DNA of 64,000 nucleotides from Christensenellales bacterium (GTDB taxonomy: Bacteria; Bacillota; Clostridia; Christensenellales; Aristaeellaceae). Of this stretch, positions 20,426 through 29,076 are shown in pieces. How positions within the stretch are numbered: position 1 is the stretch's first letter; each line of letters opens with the position of its first letter. The position numbers and the translations under genes are program-made. Where the stretch lies: the NCBI GenBank assembly GCA_050946115.1, contig JBMNUF010000006.1, positions 8,600 through 72,599 on the forward strand. The letters are read 5' to 3'. Under the pieces are notes generated by a model, which searched no databases, was not told the origin of the DNA, and was given only the letters and a program-made list of their open reading frames with translations.

Positions 20426-20444
20426 ACCGATTTCCCTTGGCAAT

Positions 20445-20468
20445 GCCGCGGCGGAACTCCGCCGCGGC
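20445..20468 (+). terminator. GC-rich hairpin after the SBP gene (weak T-tract)
   Basis: gccgcggcgg aact ccgccgcggc forms a 10-bp stem with a 4-nt loop. It is followed by gcctttatgg. Confidence 0.45.
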
Positions 20469-20563
20469 GCCTTTATGGCTTTGGCGGGCATGAAAATATG
20501 CGTTCTTTTTCAAATCTGCGATGAAATATTCCGAGACTAAAACGCAATTCTTTCGTAAAAGAC

Positions 20564-20592
20564 TTGCAATTTGTTTCGATGCGCGATATAAT
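20564..20592 (+). promoter_or_regulatory. Sigma-A type promoter TTGCAA-17-TATAAT
   Basis: Hexamers at 20564-20569 and 20587-20592 with a 17-nt spacer. They lie ~35 nt upstream of the VOC gene start. Confidence 0.65.
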
Positions 20593-20625
20593 ACTCTTTA
20601 TAAACAGGTACTGGGAGGATTGAAT

Positions 20626-21027
20626 ATGGGCCATATCGTATCATTGGCGCATACCGCATATGTCGTAAAGGATATGAAAGCGTCGTTGGATTTCTACTGC
20701 GGCAAGCTCGGCATGGAGCACGCCTTTTCCATTCCGAACGATAAGGGTGAGCCGTGGATCGAGTATCTCAAGGTGGCAGAGGGCCAGTTTATCGAGCTTT
20801 TCTACGCAAACGGCAAAATCCCGAAAAACGGCAGCTATATGCATCTGTGCCTGCGCGTGGACGACTGCAGGGCGGCGTGTGAGGAGCTCAAAAGTCTCGG
20901 CGTTTCGATCGATTCGGAGCCGAAACAGGGCAAGGATTTCAACTGGCAGTGCTGGATTCACGACCCGGACGGGAACCCGATCGAACTCATGCAGATCGTG
21001 CCCGAATCCCCGCAGGCGAGGGCGTAA
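20626..21027 (+). CDS. VOC-family (glyoxalase I / bleomycin-resistance fold) protein
   Basis: 133 aa starting at MGHIVSLAHTAYVVKDM, after a GGGAGG RBS. HxxxxV...YMHLCLRV...DPDGNPIEL pattern typical of the glyoxalase/VOC fold. Confidence 0.8.
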   Translation: MGHIVSLAHTAYVVKDMKASLDFYCGKLGMEHAFSIPNDKGEPWIEYLKVAEGQFIELFYANGKIPKNGSYMHLCLRVDDCRAACEELKSLGVSIDSEPKQGKDFNWQCWIHDPDGNPIELMQIVPESPQARA

Positions 21028-21030
21028 ATC

Positions 21031-22203
21031 ATGAGAAAGATTTGGATTTTGTGCCTGATCGCGCTGTGTATACTATCCGCCCTTGGTGTGCGTGCGCTGG
21101 AGGTCGACGAGACGATCAAAATCGAAGTCACCCTGCCGACCGAAACGGACATCGATCAGGTGATTTGCATCGACATTCCGCCGGAAGACGACGCGGAGGA
21201 CGCGCCGGCGGACGGCGATATCGCAGAAGACGACATTTCTCCGGAAGATGCGGAAAGCGAAGAGCCTGTACAGGAGGAGGTCGCTGTTCGCGTCGTACCC
21301 GCATTCACGGAGGCGCCGCTCGAAACGGTGTATCCCTGTTCATACGGGGATTCAGGAGAAAACGTGCGGCTGCTTCAGGACAGGTTGCGCATGCTGGGCT
21401 TTACGCTCGAAACACCGGACGGGCTTTTCGGTAAGCGCACCAGGGAGCATGTGCGGGAAGTGCAGCGGTATCTGAACGGGAAGACGGGCGGACCTTCGTG
21501 GCACCCGAACGGCGAGGTGTCTGAGGGACTTTGCGACGAGCTGAATTCCCTGAGTTTTCCGCGCTATGAGAGGGACGTCTCCTTGGGCAGCGAAGGGATT
21601 ACCGTGTTGCGCGTCCAAAGGAAGCTGTACGTACTAGGATACCTCGGGCGGTCGAAGGTGGATTCCGTGTTCGGCAAGAGCACACGGGAGGCGCTTTCGC
21701 AGTTTCAAAAGATCGCGGGGCTGAACAATTTGGGCGTCGCGGACAGGGAGACGCAAAACCTGCTCTTCAGTTCCGTAGCGCCGGATGCGCTGTCCGCGCA
21801 TTGCGAATATTCGCTGTACGTGAATCTGGAAAGGCAAGTGCTTTCCGTCTTCGCATGGAACAACGCGACGCAGACGTATGACAAATTAGTGCGCGAAATG
21901 CCCTGCACCACCGGAAAAGACGGCTATGAAACGCCGACGGGAACTTTTGCCGTTGAGGATCACCGCGCGCAGTGGGTGTATTTGCGCATGTACGGCGCCT
22001 ATGCGCGGTATGTGACGGTGTTTAATGACAATTACTACATCCACAGCGTGCTGTATGCCAAAAAGGGCGCATTGGAACCGATTTCGGGCGCGAACGGCGC
22101 GCTCACGGAGCGCGTATCCAGGGGCAGCATCCGCGTATCGACAGAGGACGCACAGTGGATCTACGAAAACTGCCGCATCGGTACGGCGATTCGGGTCGAA
22201 TAA
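21031..22203 (+). CDS. Secreted PG_binding_1 x2 + YkuD (L,D-transpeptidase-like) protein with Ser at the catalytic Cys position
   Basis: Signal peptide and an acidic linker. Two peptidoglycan-binding repeats (VRLLQDRLRMLGF...; ITVLRVQRKLYVLGY...). C-terminal YkuD-like ETPTGTF...YYIHS...SRGSIRV, where the canonical motif is S-x-G-C-[IV]-R. Confidence 0.8.
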   Translation: MRKIWILCLIALCILSALGVRALEVDETIKIEVTLPTETDIDQVICIDIPPEDDAEDAPADGDIAEDDISPEDAESEEPVQEEVAVRVVPAFTEAPLETVYPCSYGDSGENVRLLQDRLRMLGFTLETPDGLFGKRTREHVREVQRYLNGKTGGPSWHPNGEVSEGLCDELNSLSFPRYERDVSLGSEGITVLRVQRKLYVLGYLGRSKVDSVFGKSTREALSQFQKIAGLNNLGVADRETQNLLFSSVAPDALSAHCEYSLYVNLERQVLSVFAWNNATQTYDKLVREMPCTTGKDGYETPTGTFAVEDHRAQWVYLRMYGAYARYVTVFNDNYYIHSVLYAKKGALEPISGANGALTERVSRGSIRVSTEDAQWIYENCRIGTAIRVE

Positions 22204-22228
22204 ATCCTGCCGGAGGGAGAGGATTTGT

Positions 22229-23254
22229 ATGCGTATCGCAGATTACAGAGGGGACGCGACCATACGGACGATCGTCGATCGGGAAAAGGGGCAATACCTC
22301 GGCCATCCGACGACGGCGCTTTTGAAAGACGGAAAGACGATTTTGTGCGTCTATCCCCTTGCGCACGGCAGGGGCGCGATCCAATACAAAAAGAGCTTTG
22401 ACGGCGGCAGGACGTGGTCAGAGCGGTTGCCCGTGCCAGAATCGTTTAAGACGTCGCTCGAATGCCCCACCATCTACCGCGTTACGGACAAAAAGCTGCT
22501 ACTGTTTTCGGGGATGTATCCCGCGCGCATCGCCAAGTCCTACGACGAGGGCATGACGTGGACGGAGCTGGAGCCGATCGGGGATTTCGGCGGCATCGTG
22601 TTCGCATCCGATCTCTATCGAAAAAGGGACGGTGCGCTGCTCGCTGTGTTCCACGACGACGGCGGGTATATCGCAAGCGAGCCCATCGCAAGCGGCTTTG
22701 TCGTCTACGGAATCCTCTCTCGCGACGACGGGGAGACGTGGAGCGATCCGTTTCCGCTCGTTTCCCACCCCGATGCCGACCTGTGCGAGCCCTGCATCAT
22801 CCCGTCGTTCGACGGGAGCAAGCTCCTCATGCTCCTGCGCGAAAATTCCCGCAAACACAACTCCTTTGTGTGCGAATCGGACGACGATGGCGCGACATGG
22901 CACTCCCTGCGGGAACTTCCGCTCTCTCTTACGGGCGACAGGCACACCGCAAAACAGATGCACAACGGCGATCTGTTCATCTCCTTCCGCGACATGGCGA
23001 ATGGAAGCCCTACGAACGGGAGCTGGGTCGCGTGGGTCGGCTCGTTTGAGGACATCTTAGAGGGCAGAGACGGGAAGCTCAGGCTCCTTCTGATGGAGAA
23101 CCACTATTCGTGGGGCGACTGTGCGTATCCGGGCGTGGAGGTCTTGCCGGAGGGTACCGTCGTGACGACGACCTACGGCCACTGGATAGAGGGGGAGGAG
23201 CCGTTCATCGTATCCATCCGCCTTTCGGAAAGCGAAATTCAGGCGCTATATTGA
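22229..23254 (+). CDS. BNR/Asp-box repeat (sialidase-fold) protein, no signal peptide
   Basis: 341 aa starting at MRIADYRGD, after a GGAGGGAGAGG RBS. Four Asp-boxes: SFDGGRTWS, SYDEGMTWT, SRDDGETWS, SDDDGATWH. Confidence 0.8.
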   Translation: MRIADYRGDATIRTIVDREKGQYLGHPTTALLKDGKTILCVYPLAHGRGAIQYKKSFDGGRTWSERLPVPESFKTSLECPTIYRVTDKKLLLFSGMYPARIAKSYDEGMTWTELEPIGDFGGIVFASDLYRKRDGALLAVFHDDGGYIASEPIASGFVVYGILSRDDGETWSDPFPLVSHPDADLCEPCIIPSFDGSKLLMLLRENSRKHNSFVCESDDDGATWHSLRELPLSLTGDRHTAKQMHNGDLFISFRDMANGSPTNGSWVAWVGSFEDILEGRDGKLRLLLMENHYSWGDCAYPGVEVLPEGTVVTTTYGHWIEGEEPFIVSIRLSESEIQALY

Positions 23255-23300
23255 ACCATTCGCCCCTCCGCTTCGTCAAAGGACAAACGGAGGGATTTTT

Positions 23301-23780
23301 ATGCGCAAACGGATTGCACTCATTCTTCTCTGCGCGGTGCTCGCGTGTTCGGGTGCCGTTGCGGAATCGGGAGCGGATGCCGCGCTCGATACGGCGAAGA
23401 ACGCACTCGTGCTCATGAATTACGGGGAGTTCTCGCAGGCGGCGCGCGCGCTCGGCATGAAAGGCAAGGGCAAAGCCCTGAAGGCGTTCGCCAAGAAAAA
23501 CCTGCCGGAGGTGTTCACGCTCTCCGTGCAGACGGATGTCGCCGTGCTGTATTCCATGGACGACGGATGTCGCGTCGCGGTGCCGGTCGAGGAGCCGTAC
23601 AGCGACAGCGTAATGTGCTTTGTCGTGGATTTCGACGCAGACTACGCGCCGACGGGCTACGGCACGCTTTCCTATGCTGACGTGCTTGCGGAAGCTGACG
23701 AAGCGGACAAAACCACTTGGGAAGGCACGGACGACAGGGAAAATCTCGTGGTTTTTCCGGATGCGGGTGCTGTGGGATAA
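23301..23780 (+). CDS. Hypothetical lipoprotein
   Basis: 159 aa. Signal peptide with lipobox (LLCAVLAC-SG). GGAGGG RBS. No family recognised. Confidence 0.65.
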   Translation: MRKRIALILLCAVLACSGAVAESGADAALDTAKNALVLMNYGEFSQAARALGMKGKGKALKAFAKKNLPEVFTLSVQTDVAVLYSMDDGCRVAVPVEEPYSDSVMCFVVDFDADYAPTGYGTLSYADVLAEADEADKTTWEGTDDRENLVVFPDAGAVG

Positions 23781-23815
23781 TATTTGTAACGTAATTGTAA
23801 TGTTTTGTCGCAACG

Positions 23816-23844
23816 TTGACATGAAGGGCGATTGGTTGTATAAT
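23816..23844 (+). promoter_or_regulatory. Sigma-A type promoter TTGACA-17-TATAAT (perfect consensus) for the CapA-like gene pair
   Basis: Hexamers at 23816-23821 and 23839-23844 with an exact 17-nt spacer. Confidence 0.7.
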
Positions 23845-23882
23845 TGTATTGAGTATATATGAATGAAAGAAAGGGGATGCAT

Positions 23883-25712
23883 ATGAAAAAGATAGCACGC
23901 CTCTTGGCGGTAGTTCTTCTGCTCGCATTGTCGATGACGACTTTTGCGGGAGCGGAGGCCGCTATAACAGACAAGGCGATTACGGTGAAAAGCGTTTCCC
24001 TTTCCTATAAAACGCTTCCGATCTGCCTGAATAAAAGCTTTCAGCTGACTGCGAAAGTAAAGCCCGGCAAGGCAACCAACTCGCAGCTTCTTTGGACGAG
24101 CAGCGATCCGGAGAAGGTCTCCGTCACCCAAGACGGGAGGATCGAGGCGAAAGACTACACGCTAAAGCCTGTGCGCATCACCGCACGGTCGCTTGATGGC
24201 TCCAAAAAGAAGTCCACGTGTCTCGTGACCGTGAAGGACGACGTGAAGGTTTCCTCCGTCAAATTCAGGAAGAAGTCCGTATCGGTCTATTTTGGCAATC
24301 CCATACAGCTTACCTGCGCGGTCGTCCCGCCCACGGCGAAGGATGCGTCGCTCACGTTTATGAGCAGCAATCCGTCCGTCGCGGAGGTGGACGAAAACGG
24401 GATCGTGACGCCCAAAAAGGACGGGAAAACCACCATCCGAGCCACCGCGAACGACGGCAGCGGCAAATTCACAACCTGCAAGGTCACGGTCAAGCGCCGC
24501 CCCGTCAAAAAAGTACGACTGAACGAGAAGGTGCTGATGGTGGACGAGGGCGCAACCGTGCAGCTTTCGGCGACGGTTTTGCCCGAAAACGCCTCTTTCC
24601 CCGAGGTAGAGTGGACCTCGAGCAATGAAGCGGTTGCAACGGTAGACCAAAGCGGATTTGTGACCGTAAAAGGCGGCGGTGTGGCAAAGATTACCGCAGC
24701 TGCGGATCGCGGCCGAGTCAAGGCGACGTGCAAGATTCGCGTCAAAGGGGAGAATACTCGACGACTCGTCATATCTGCAGTCGGCGACTGCATGATGGGC
24801 GGAGACCCGCGCCCCAAGAGCAATAGATACGCGAAGGATCCGGGCAGCAGAAAACGTTTTCAGGATATTGTGACAGGTAACGGAGGTCTTTCCTCCATTT
24901 TCAGCAAGGTCGAGCATGTGTTCAAAAACGACGATGTGACTGTCGTCAACTTAGAATGCGCGCTCACGACGAAAACGAAGTATAGGAGCGTCAACTTTGT
25001 GCTTGTAGGGAATCCTGCGTTCGCAAAGACGATGAAGCAGAGCGGTATTGAGGCGGCTGCAGTCGCGAACAACCACTCGCGCGATGCTGGAATGGAGGGA
25101 TACGAGCAGACCCTAACGGCACTCAAGCGAAACGGCATCGTTCCGAGCGGCTATTTTGCGTCATCGTACATCAGCAAAAAGGGTGTTAGAATTGGCTTTT
25201 TGGGCGTTGCACCCGTGGATCATAGAATGTCGCGCATGAAAACCATGGTCAAGAAAATCGCCTCGAAGTGCAGGTTTCTGATCGTTTCGATCCACTGGAG
25301 CGAGCCGGAGTTCCAATACAACGCCCCGAGCGATGCGCAGAGGGCATATGCGCGCGCCGCGATCGATGCGGGCGCGGATTTGGTACTCGGCACGCACACG
25401 CACAGGGTAAACGGAATCGAACAATATAAGGGGAAACACATCGTGTACGACCTCGGCAATTTCGTAACCTGCATCAATAACCCGTCAAATACGGATCTCA
25501 ACGATCGCGATACCTTCATCTTCCAGGAGATTCATTATGTGTTCGACGACGGCTATACGGAGTTCGACCGCATCCGGGTAATTCCGGCGGCGTATTCGTC
25601 CAGTTCGGACTCCCTCGACCTGATGCCGATGCTCTATTCGGGCTCGGCGGACAAGAATAGGGTTTTCGACAAGATACAAAGATATTCCAACATCCCGATT
25701 CCCAGGGACTAA
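23883..25712 (+). CDS. Secreted 3x Big_2 (bacterial Ig-like) + CapA/PGA_cap metallophosphatase-fold protein
   Basis: Start at MKKIARLLAVVLLLAL (signal peptide). Three ~85-aa Big_2-like repeats. CapA motifs are intact: AVGDCMMGGD, NLECALT, VANNHSRDAG, SIHWSEPE, GTHTHR. Confidence 0.85.
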   Translation: MKKIARLLAVVLLLALSMTTFAGAEAAITDKAITVKSVSLSYKTLPICLNKSFQLTAKVKPGKATNSQLLWTSSDPEKVSVTQDGRIEAKDYTLKPVRITARSLDGSKKKSTCLVTVKDDVKVSSVKFRKKSVSVYFGNPIQLTCAVVPPTAKDASLTFMSSNPSVAEVDENGIVTPKKDGKTTIRATANDGSGKFTTCKVTVKRRPVKKVRLNEKVLMVDEGATVQLSATVLPENASFPEVEWTSSNEAVATVDQSGFVTVKGGGVAKITAAADRGRVKATCKIRVKGENTRRLVISAVGDCMMGGDPRPKSNRYAKDPGSRKRFQDIVTGNGGLSSIFSKVEHVFKNDDVTVVNLECALTTKTKYRSVNFVLVGNPAFAKTMKQSGIEAAAVANNHSRDAGMEGYEQTLTALKRNGIVPSGYFASSYISKKGVRIGFLGVAPVDHRMSRMKTMVKKIASKCRFLIVSIHWSEPEFQYNAPSDAQRAYARAAIDAGADLVLGTHTHRVNGIEQYKGKHIVYDLGNFVTCINNPSNTDLNDRDTFIFQEIHYVFDDGYTEFDRIRVIPAAYSSSSDSLDLMPMLYSGSADKNRVFDKIQRYSNIPIPRD

Positions 25713-25728
25713 GAGGAGGATACGCGCT

Positions 25729-27519
25729 ATGAAACGATTGCTCATCGGTTTAACCCTTTTATGTCTGCTGCTTGCGGCAGCCCTCCCCGCATCCGCGGCT
25801 ATCGAGCCAAAAGTTGCCGTAAGGAGCGTGAGGCTCAACAAGTCTTTCATGGCACTGTCCCCAGAAACGACGGGAAAGCTCACGGCGAAAATTTACCCGT
25901 CCAGAGCGCCGAAAGCCGTTGAATATGTGTCGACGGATACGACTGTTGCGACGGTTGACGCAGCAGGAAATGTTACTGCCGTTGATTACGGCATTTGTGC
26001 GATTATCGCGAAAGCGGGCAAGAAGACCGCGCAGTGCAATGTGGTCGTGAAGGATATTCCCGTCGGCAAGGTGAACATCAAGAAATCATCCCTTACGATA
26101 TCGCTGAACAGGTCTGTAGCGCTTACCTACGCCGTGACGCCTGCAGCAGCGAAGAATAAGACGCTGAATTGGTCGAGCAGCAACGAGACCGTCGCGACCG
26201 TATCGCAGGACGGAAAGGTGACCGCCGTCGGCAAGGGTAAGGCTATAATAACTGCCGAGGCAATGGACGGGAGCGGCAAGAAGGATACCTGCAAAATCAC
26301 GGTCAAAGCGGTGGATGTAAAATCGATAGCCATCGCGACAGGCGACAGCGTGTACCTCGACATCGGAGAGAGTATGCCTTTAACCGCAAAAATCTCGCCG
26401 ACCAACGCCTCGTACAAGGACGTGAAATGGTCGAGCTCGAACCCCGAAGTTGTCTCGATTAACGAGGATACGGGTATAGCGAAGGCGATGGGCGGCGGCG
26501 TTGCGACGATCATGGCGACGGTGCAGAACGGAACCAAGAGTGCCAAGCAGCTCCTTTACGTTCGAAGCAGTGACCACGTGACTTTAACGATCACCTTCGG
26601 CGGCGACGTAGTACTTGGCGGCGATCCGAGAGAAGACGCGAAAACATATGGCACGATCGCCCGTTTTAAAGAGTATCTGCAAGAGAACGGCAACGATCTT
26701 GGCTTTATGTTTCGAGGTTTGAAAAGCGTCTTTGACGATGACGATCTAACGGTTGTGAATCTCGAATGTCCGCTCACGACCAGAACGAGCTGGCCAAATA
26801 TCGCAAGGCAGAGGCATGTGTTTCGAGGGCACCCATCATATGCAAGAGGCTTGCTTTTAGGAGGAGTAAATGCCGTAAGCATCCGTAACAACATGGTGCC
26901 GCACCTCGGTCGAGGGGGTATCACAGATACAAAGAACAGCATTACAGAGCATACGGATGGCAAAGTGACTTGGTTCAGCAACGAAGAGACGATTATTGAA
27001 AGAAAAGGAACGAAGATTGGTTTGATCGGCTTCTTTCAAGGTTCCGATAAGATATATACTGTCAAGAATAGGGTTACGGCGCTCCGCCCACAATGCGACC
27101 TCTTGATTGTGTATTTTCACTGGAGTAACAGAAGCGGGTCAAGCGCTACAACAAAAACAATGAGGAAATTGGCTCATACAGCTGTCACTGCCGGTGCAGA
27201 TATCTGTGTCGGAGCCGGACCGCACTGTTTGAGCGGTATTGAAAACTACAAAGGCAAATACATCGTCTACGGGCTGGGCAATCTGATTAGTGGCGGTAGG
27301 ACGAATGAAAATGAAACCATACTCTATCAACAGACCTTTAAGGTGCATCGCGGCTTTACAGAAGTTGGGAAGCAAGAAATTATTGGCGTCTTCCAGACGG
27401 ATGAACCGAAAAAATTATTCAAGTGGCAGCCCTTGCTAATGACAAAGGATGCGGACAAGGTGAGGCTGATCGAAAAGCTGAGGAAGTACTCCAAAGGCTT
27501 CGCCAATCCGGGCATCTGA
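25729..27519 (+). CDS. Secreted 3x Big_2 + CapA-like protein, paralogue of the upstream gene with degenerate metal-site motifs
   Basis: Same architecture as the upstream gene. Motifs are altered: FGGDVVLGGD, NLECPLT, SIRNNMVPHLG (ANNH lost), YFHWSNRS, GAGPHC (GxHxH lost). GAGGAGG RBS. Confidence 0.8.
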   Translation: MKRLLIGLTLLCLLLAAALPASAAIEPKVAVRSVRLNKSFMALSPETTGKLTAKIYPSRAPKAVEYVSTDTTVATVDAAGNVTAVDYGICAIIAKAGKKTAQCNVVVKDIPVGKVNIKKSSLTISLNRSVALTYAVTPAAAKNKTLNWSSSNETVATVSQDGKVTAVGKGKAIITAEAMDGSGKKDTCKITVKAVDVKSIAIATGDSVYLDIGESMPLTAKISPTNASYKDVKWSSSNPEVVSINEDTGIAKAMGGGVATIMATVQNGTKSAKQLLYVRSSDHVTLTITFGGDVVLGGDPREDAKTYGTIARFKEYLQENGNDLGFMFRGLKSVFDDDDLTVVNLECPLTTRTSWPNIARQRHVFRGHPSYARGLLLGGVNAVSIRNNMVPHLGRGGITDTKNSITEHTDGKVTWFSNEETIIERKGTKIGLIGFFQGSDKIYTVKNRVTALRPQCDLLIVYFHWSNRSGSSATTKTMRKLAHTAVTAGADICVGAGPHCLSGIENYKGKYIVYGLGNLISGGRTNENETILYQQTFKVHRGFTEVGKQEIIGVFQTDEPKKLFKWQPLLMTKDADKVRLIEKLRKYSKGFANPGI

Positions 27520-27520
27520 T

Positions 27521-28489
27521 TTATCGCGGGTGATACCCCAATTCCGATTTCGGCAGGAAGGGCTTTTCAAGGAACAACCGATCGACCGCAGAGGCGTACT
27601 CCACGGGCTTTGCGGCTTTCAGGATGTTCTTGGAAAGCCTTTCCGCGCCCTGAAACAATGTACCCATGTAGAACCAAAGCTCCTTCATGCGGTACATCGC
27701 GTTTCGCGCATCGCCCATGTAGAGCGCCGTATATTCTGAGAAAAGCCGCTCACAAAAGGCGTACAATTCGTCCTTCGTGAACGCGTCTCCGCCGCGAAGC
27801 TGCCGAACGAGCGCGGGATTTGCGATGAGCCCGCGCCCGATCATGACGGATCGGACGGAGGGATACGCATCATAAAACGCATGAAACGCCCGCTCCGTAA
27901 AAATATCCCCGTTGTATACGACGGGCCACGGCGCATCCTGAAGCGCCGCATCGAACGCCGTCATGCGCGGCGTGTTTTTATATTGATCGATTTGCAGCCT
28001 CGGGTGCAGGATGAATTCCGAAAAGGGGAAGGCGCGGAAAATTTCGAGCAATTTCGGATATTCCGCCTCGTCCAAAACGCCGATGCGCGCCTTTACGGAG
28101 AGCGGAAACTGCTTCCGGCGAAAGACGGATTGCAGAAAATCGTACAACATAGAAGGGTCGGACAAAAAGCCCGAGCCCTTTTTCTTTGTGACGACCGTGC
28201 GCGACGGGCACCCCAAATTGAGGTTTATGGCATCGTACCCCATCTTGCGCAGCTTTTCTGCAGTGAATAGCAGGTACTCGGCGTTGTTCGTCAGCACCTG
28301 CGGAACGAGCGAAATGTCGCGGTTGTTTTCCGGCAAAAGGTCGCGCATCTCCTTTGCGGTGAGGCGCTTTGTGGATGTGGGGGAGACGAACGGCGCGTAA
28401 TACCGATCGATCCCGGAAAAGAACTGCCTGTGCGCGTTGCGGTACAGAAAGGTCGTTACACCCTCCAACGGGGCGAAGATAAACTGCAT
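27521..28489 (-). CDS. tRNA-dihydrouridine synthase (Dus family)
   Basis: Start moved to MQFIFAPLEGVT. NLNLGCPS catalytic-Cys motif, SVKARIG, and a TIM-barrel Dus-like sequence. Confidence 0.85.
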   Translation of the reverse strand: MQFIFAPLEGVTTFLYRNAHRQFFSGIDRYYAPFVSPTSTKRLTAKEMRDLLPENNRDISLVPQVLTNNAEYLLFTAEKLRKMGYDAINLNLGCPSRTVVTKKKGSGFLSDPSMLYDFLQSVFRRKQFPLSVKARIGVLDEAEYPKLLEIFRAFPFSEFILHPRLQIDQYKNTPRMTAFDAALQDAPWPVVYNGDIFTERAFHAFYDAYPSVRSVMIGRGLIANPALVRQLRGGDAFTKDELYAFCERLFSEYTALYMGDARNAMYRMKELWFYMGTLFQGAERLSKNILKAAKPVEYASAVDRLFLEKPFLPKSELGYHPR

Positions 28490-28500
28490 ACTGTCCTCTT

Positions 28501-29076
28501 TCAAAAGCCGATGCGCTGCACGACAAAGAGCGCGGGCGTGTTTTTCGGTTGATTGCAATACAGGGTCGCGCGGGATTGGAAGATCTTGGGCGGAAGCTGC
28601 TCCGCCCACGCGCGCACGGCTTCGTACTCCCTCGCGCCTTCCTCGTGCCCGGGATAGACGCACACGGTGAGCACGCCGCCCTTTTTGAGCAGCGATAGCG
28701 CGGCATCGAGCGCGGGAATCGTCGTATCGACGCGCGTAAACACCTCGTGCGCGGCGTTTGGGAGCCAGCCGAGGTTGAACACGGCGCAATCGACGCGTTC
28801 TTTGACGTGTTTTGTCATGCTCTGATGCCCGTCATTAATCAGCGTCACGCGGGATAGGAGGTTTTCCTCTTCGAGGCGCTTTCGTGTGCGTATGAGCGCC
28901 TCCTCCTGTACGTCAAAGGCATACACCCTGCCCGTCTCGCCCACGAGAGATGCGAGATGTGCGGTGTCGCCGCCGTTTCCCATTGTGGCGTCAATTGCGA
29001 CTGCACCGGGGACGAGTGCCGCTTTTCGAATCTCCTCCGCCCATTTGCGCGCGCTGCTCAGCTCAAACGCGCTCAT
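28501..29076 (-). CDS. mnmM: SAM-dependent methyltransferase of the YtqB/MnmM family (tRNA mnm5s2U34 methyltransferase-like)
   Basis: 191 aa. AIDATMGNGGDT...VYAFDVQEEA...AVFNLGWLP...YPGHEEG closely resembles B. subtilis YtqB. ATGA overlap with the upstream GH4 stop. Confidence 0.7.
   Translation of the reverse strand: MSAFELSSARKWAEEIRKAALVPGAVAIDATMGNGGDTAHLASLVGETGRVYAFDVQEEALIRTRKRLEEENLLSRVTLINDGHQSMTKHVKERVDCAVFNLGWLPNAAHEVFTRVDTTIPALDAALSLLKKGGVLTVCVYPGHEEGAREYEAVRAWAEQLPPKIFQSRATLYCNQPKNTPALFVVQRIGF

Noticed and set aside
27519-27521. Convergent stop codons only 1 nt apart (CapA-like gene and dus) without a terminator. Considered as a sign of misassembly or a missing element.
   Set aside because: Both reading frames end cleanly with full-length, recognisable C-termini. 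Tight convergent packing also occurs at 32128-32138. Nothing indicates a junction artefact.
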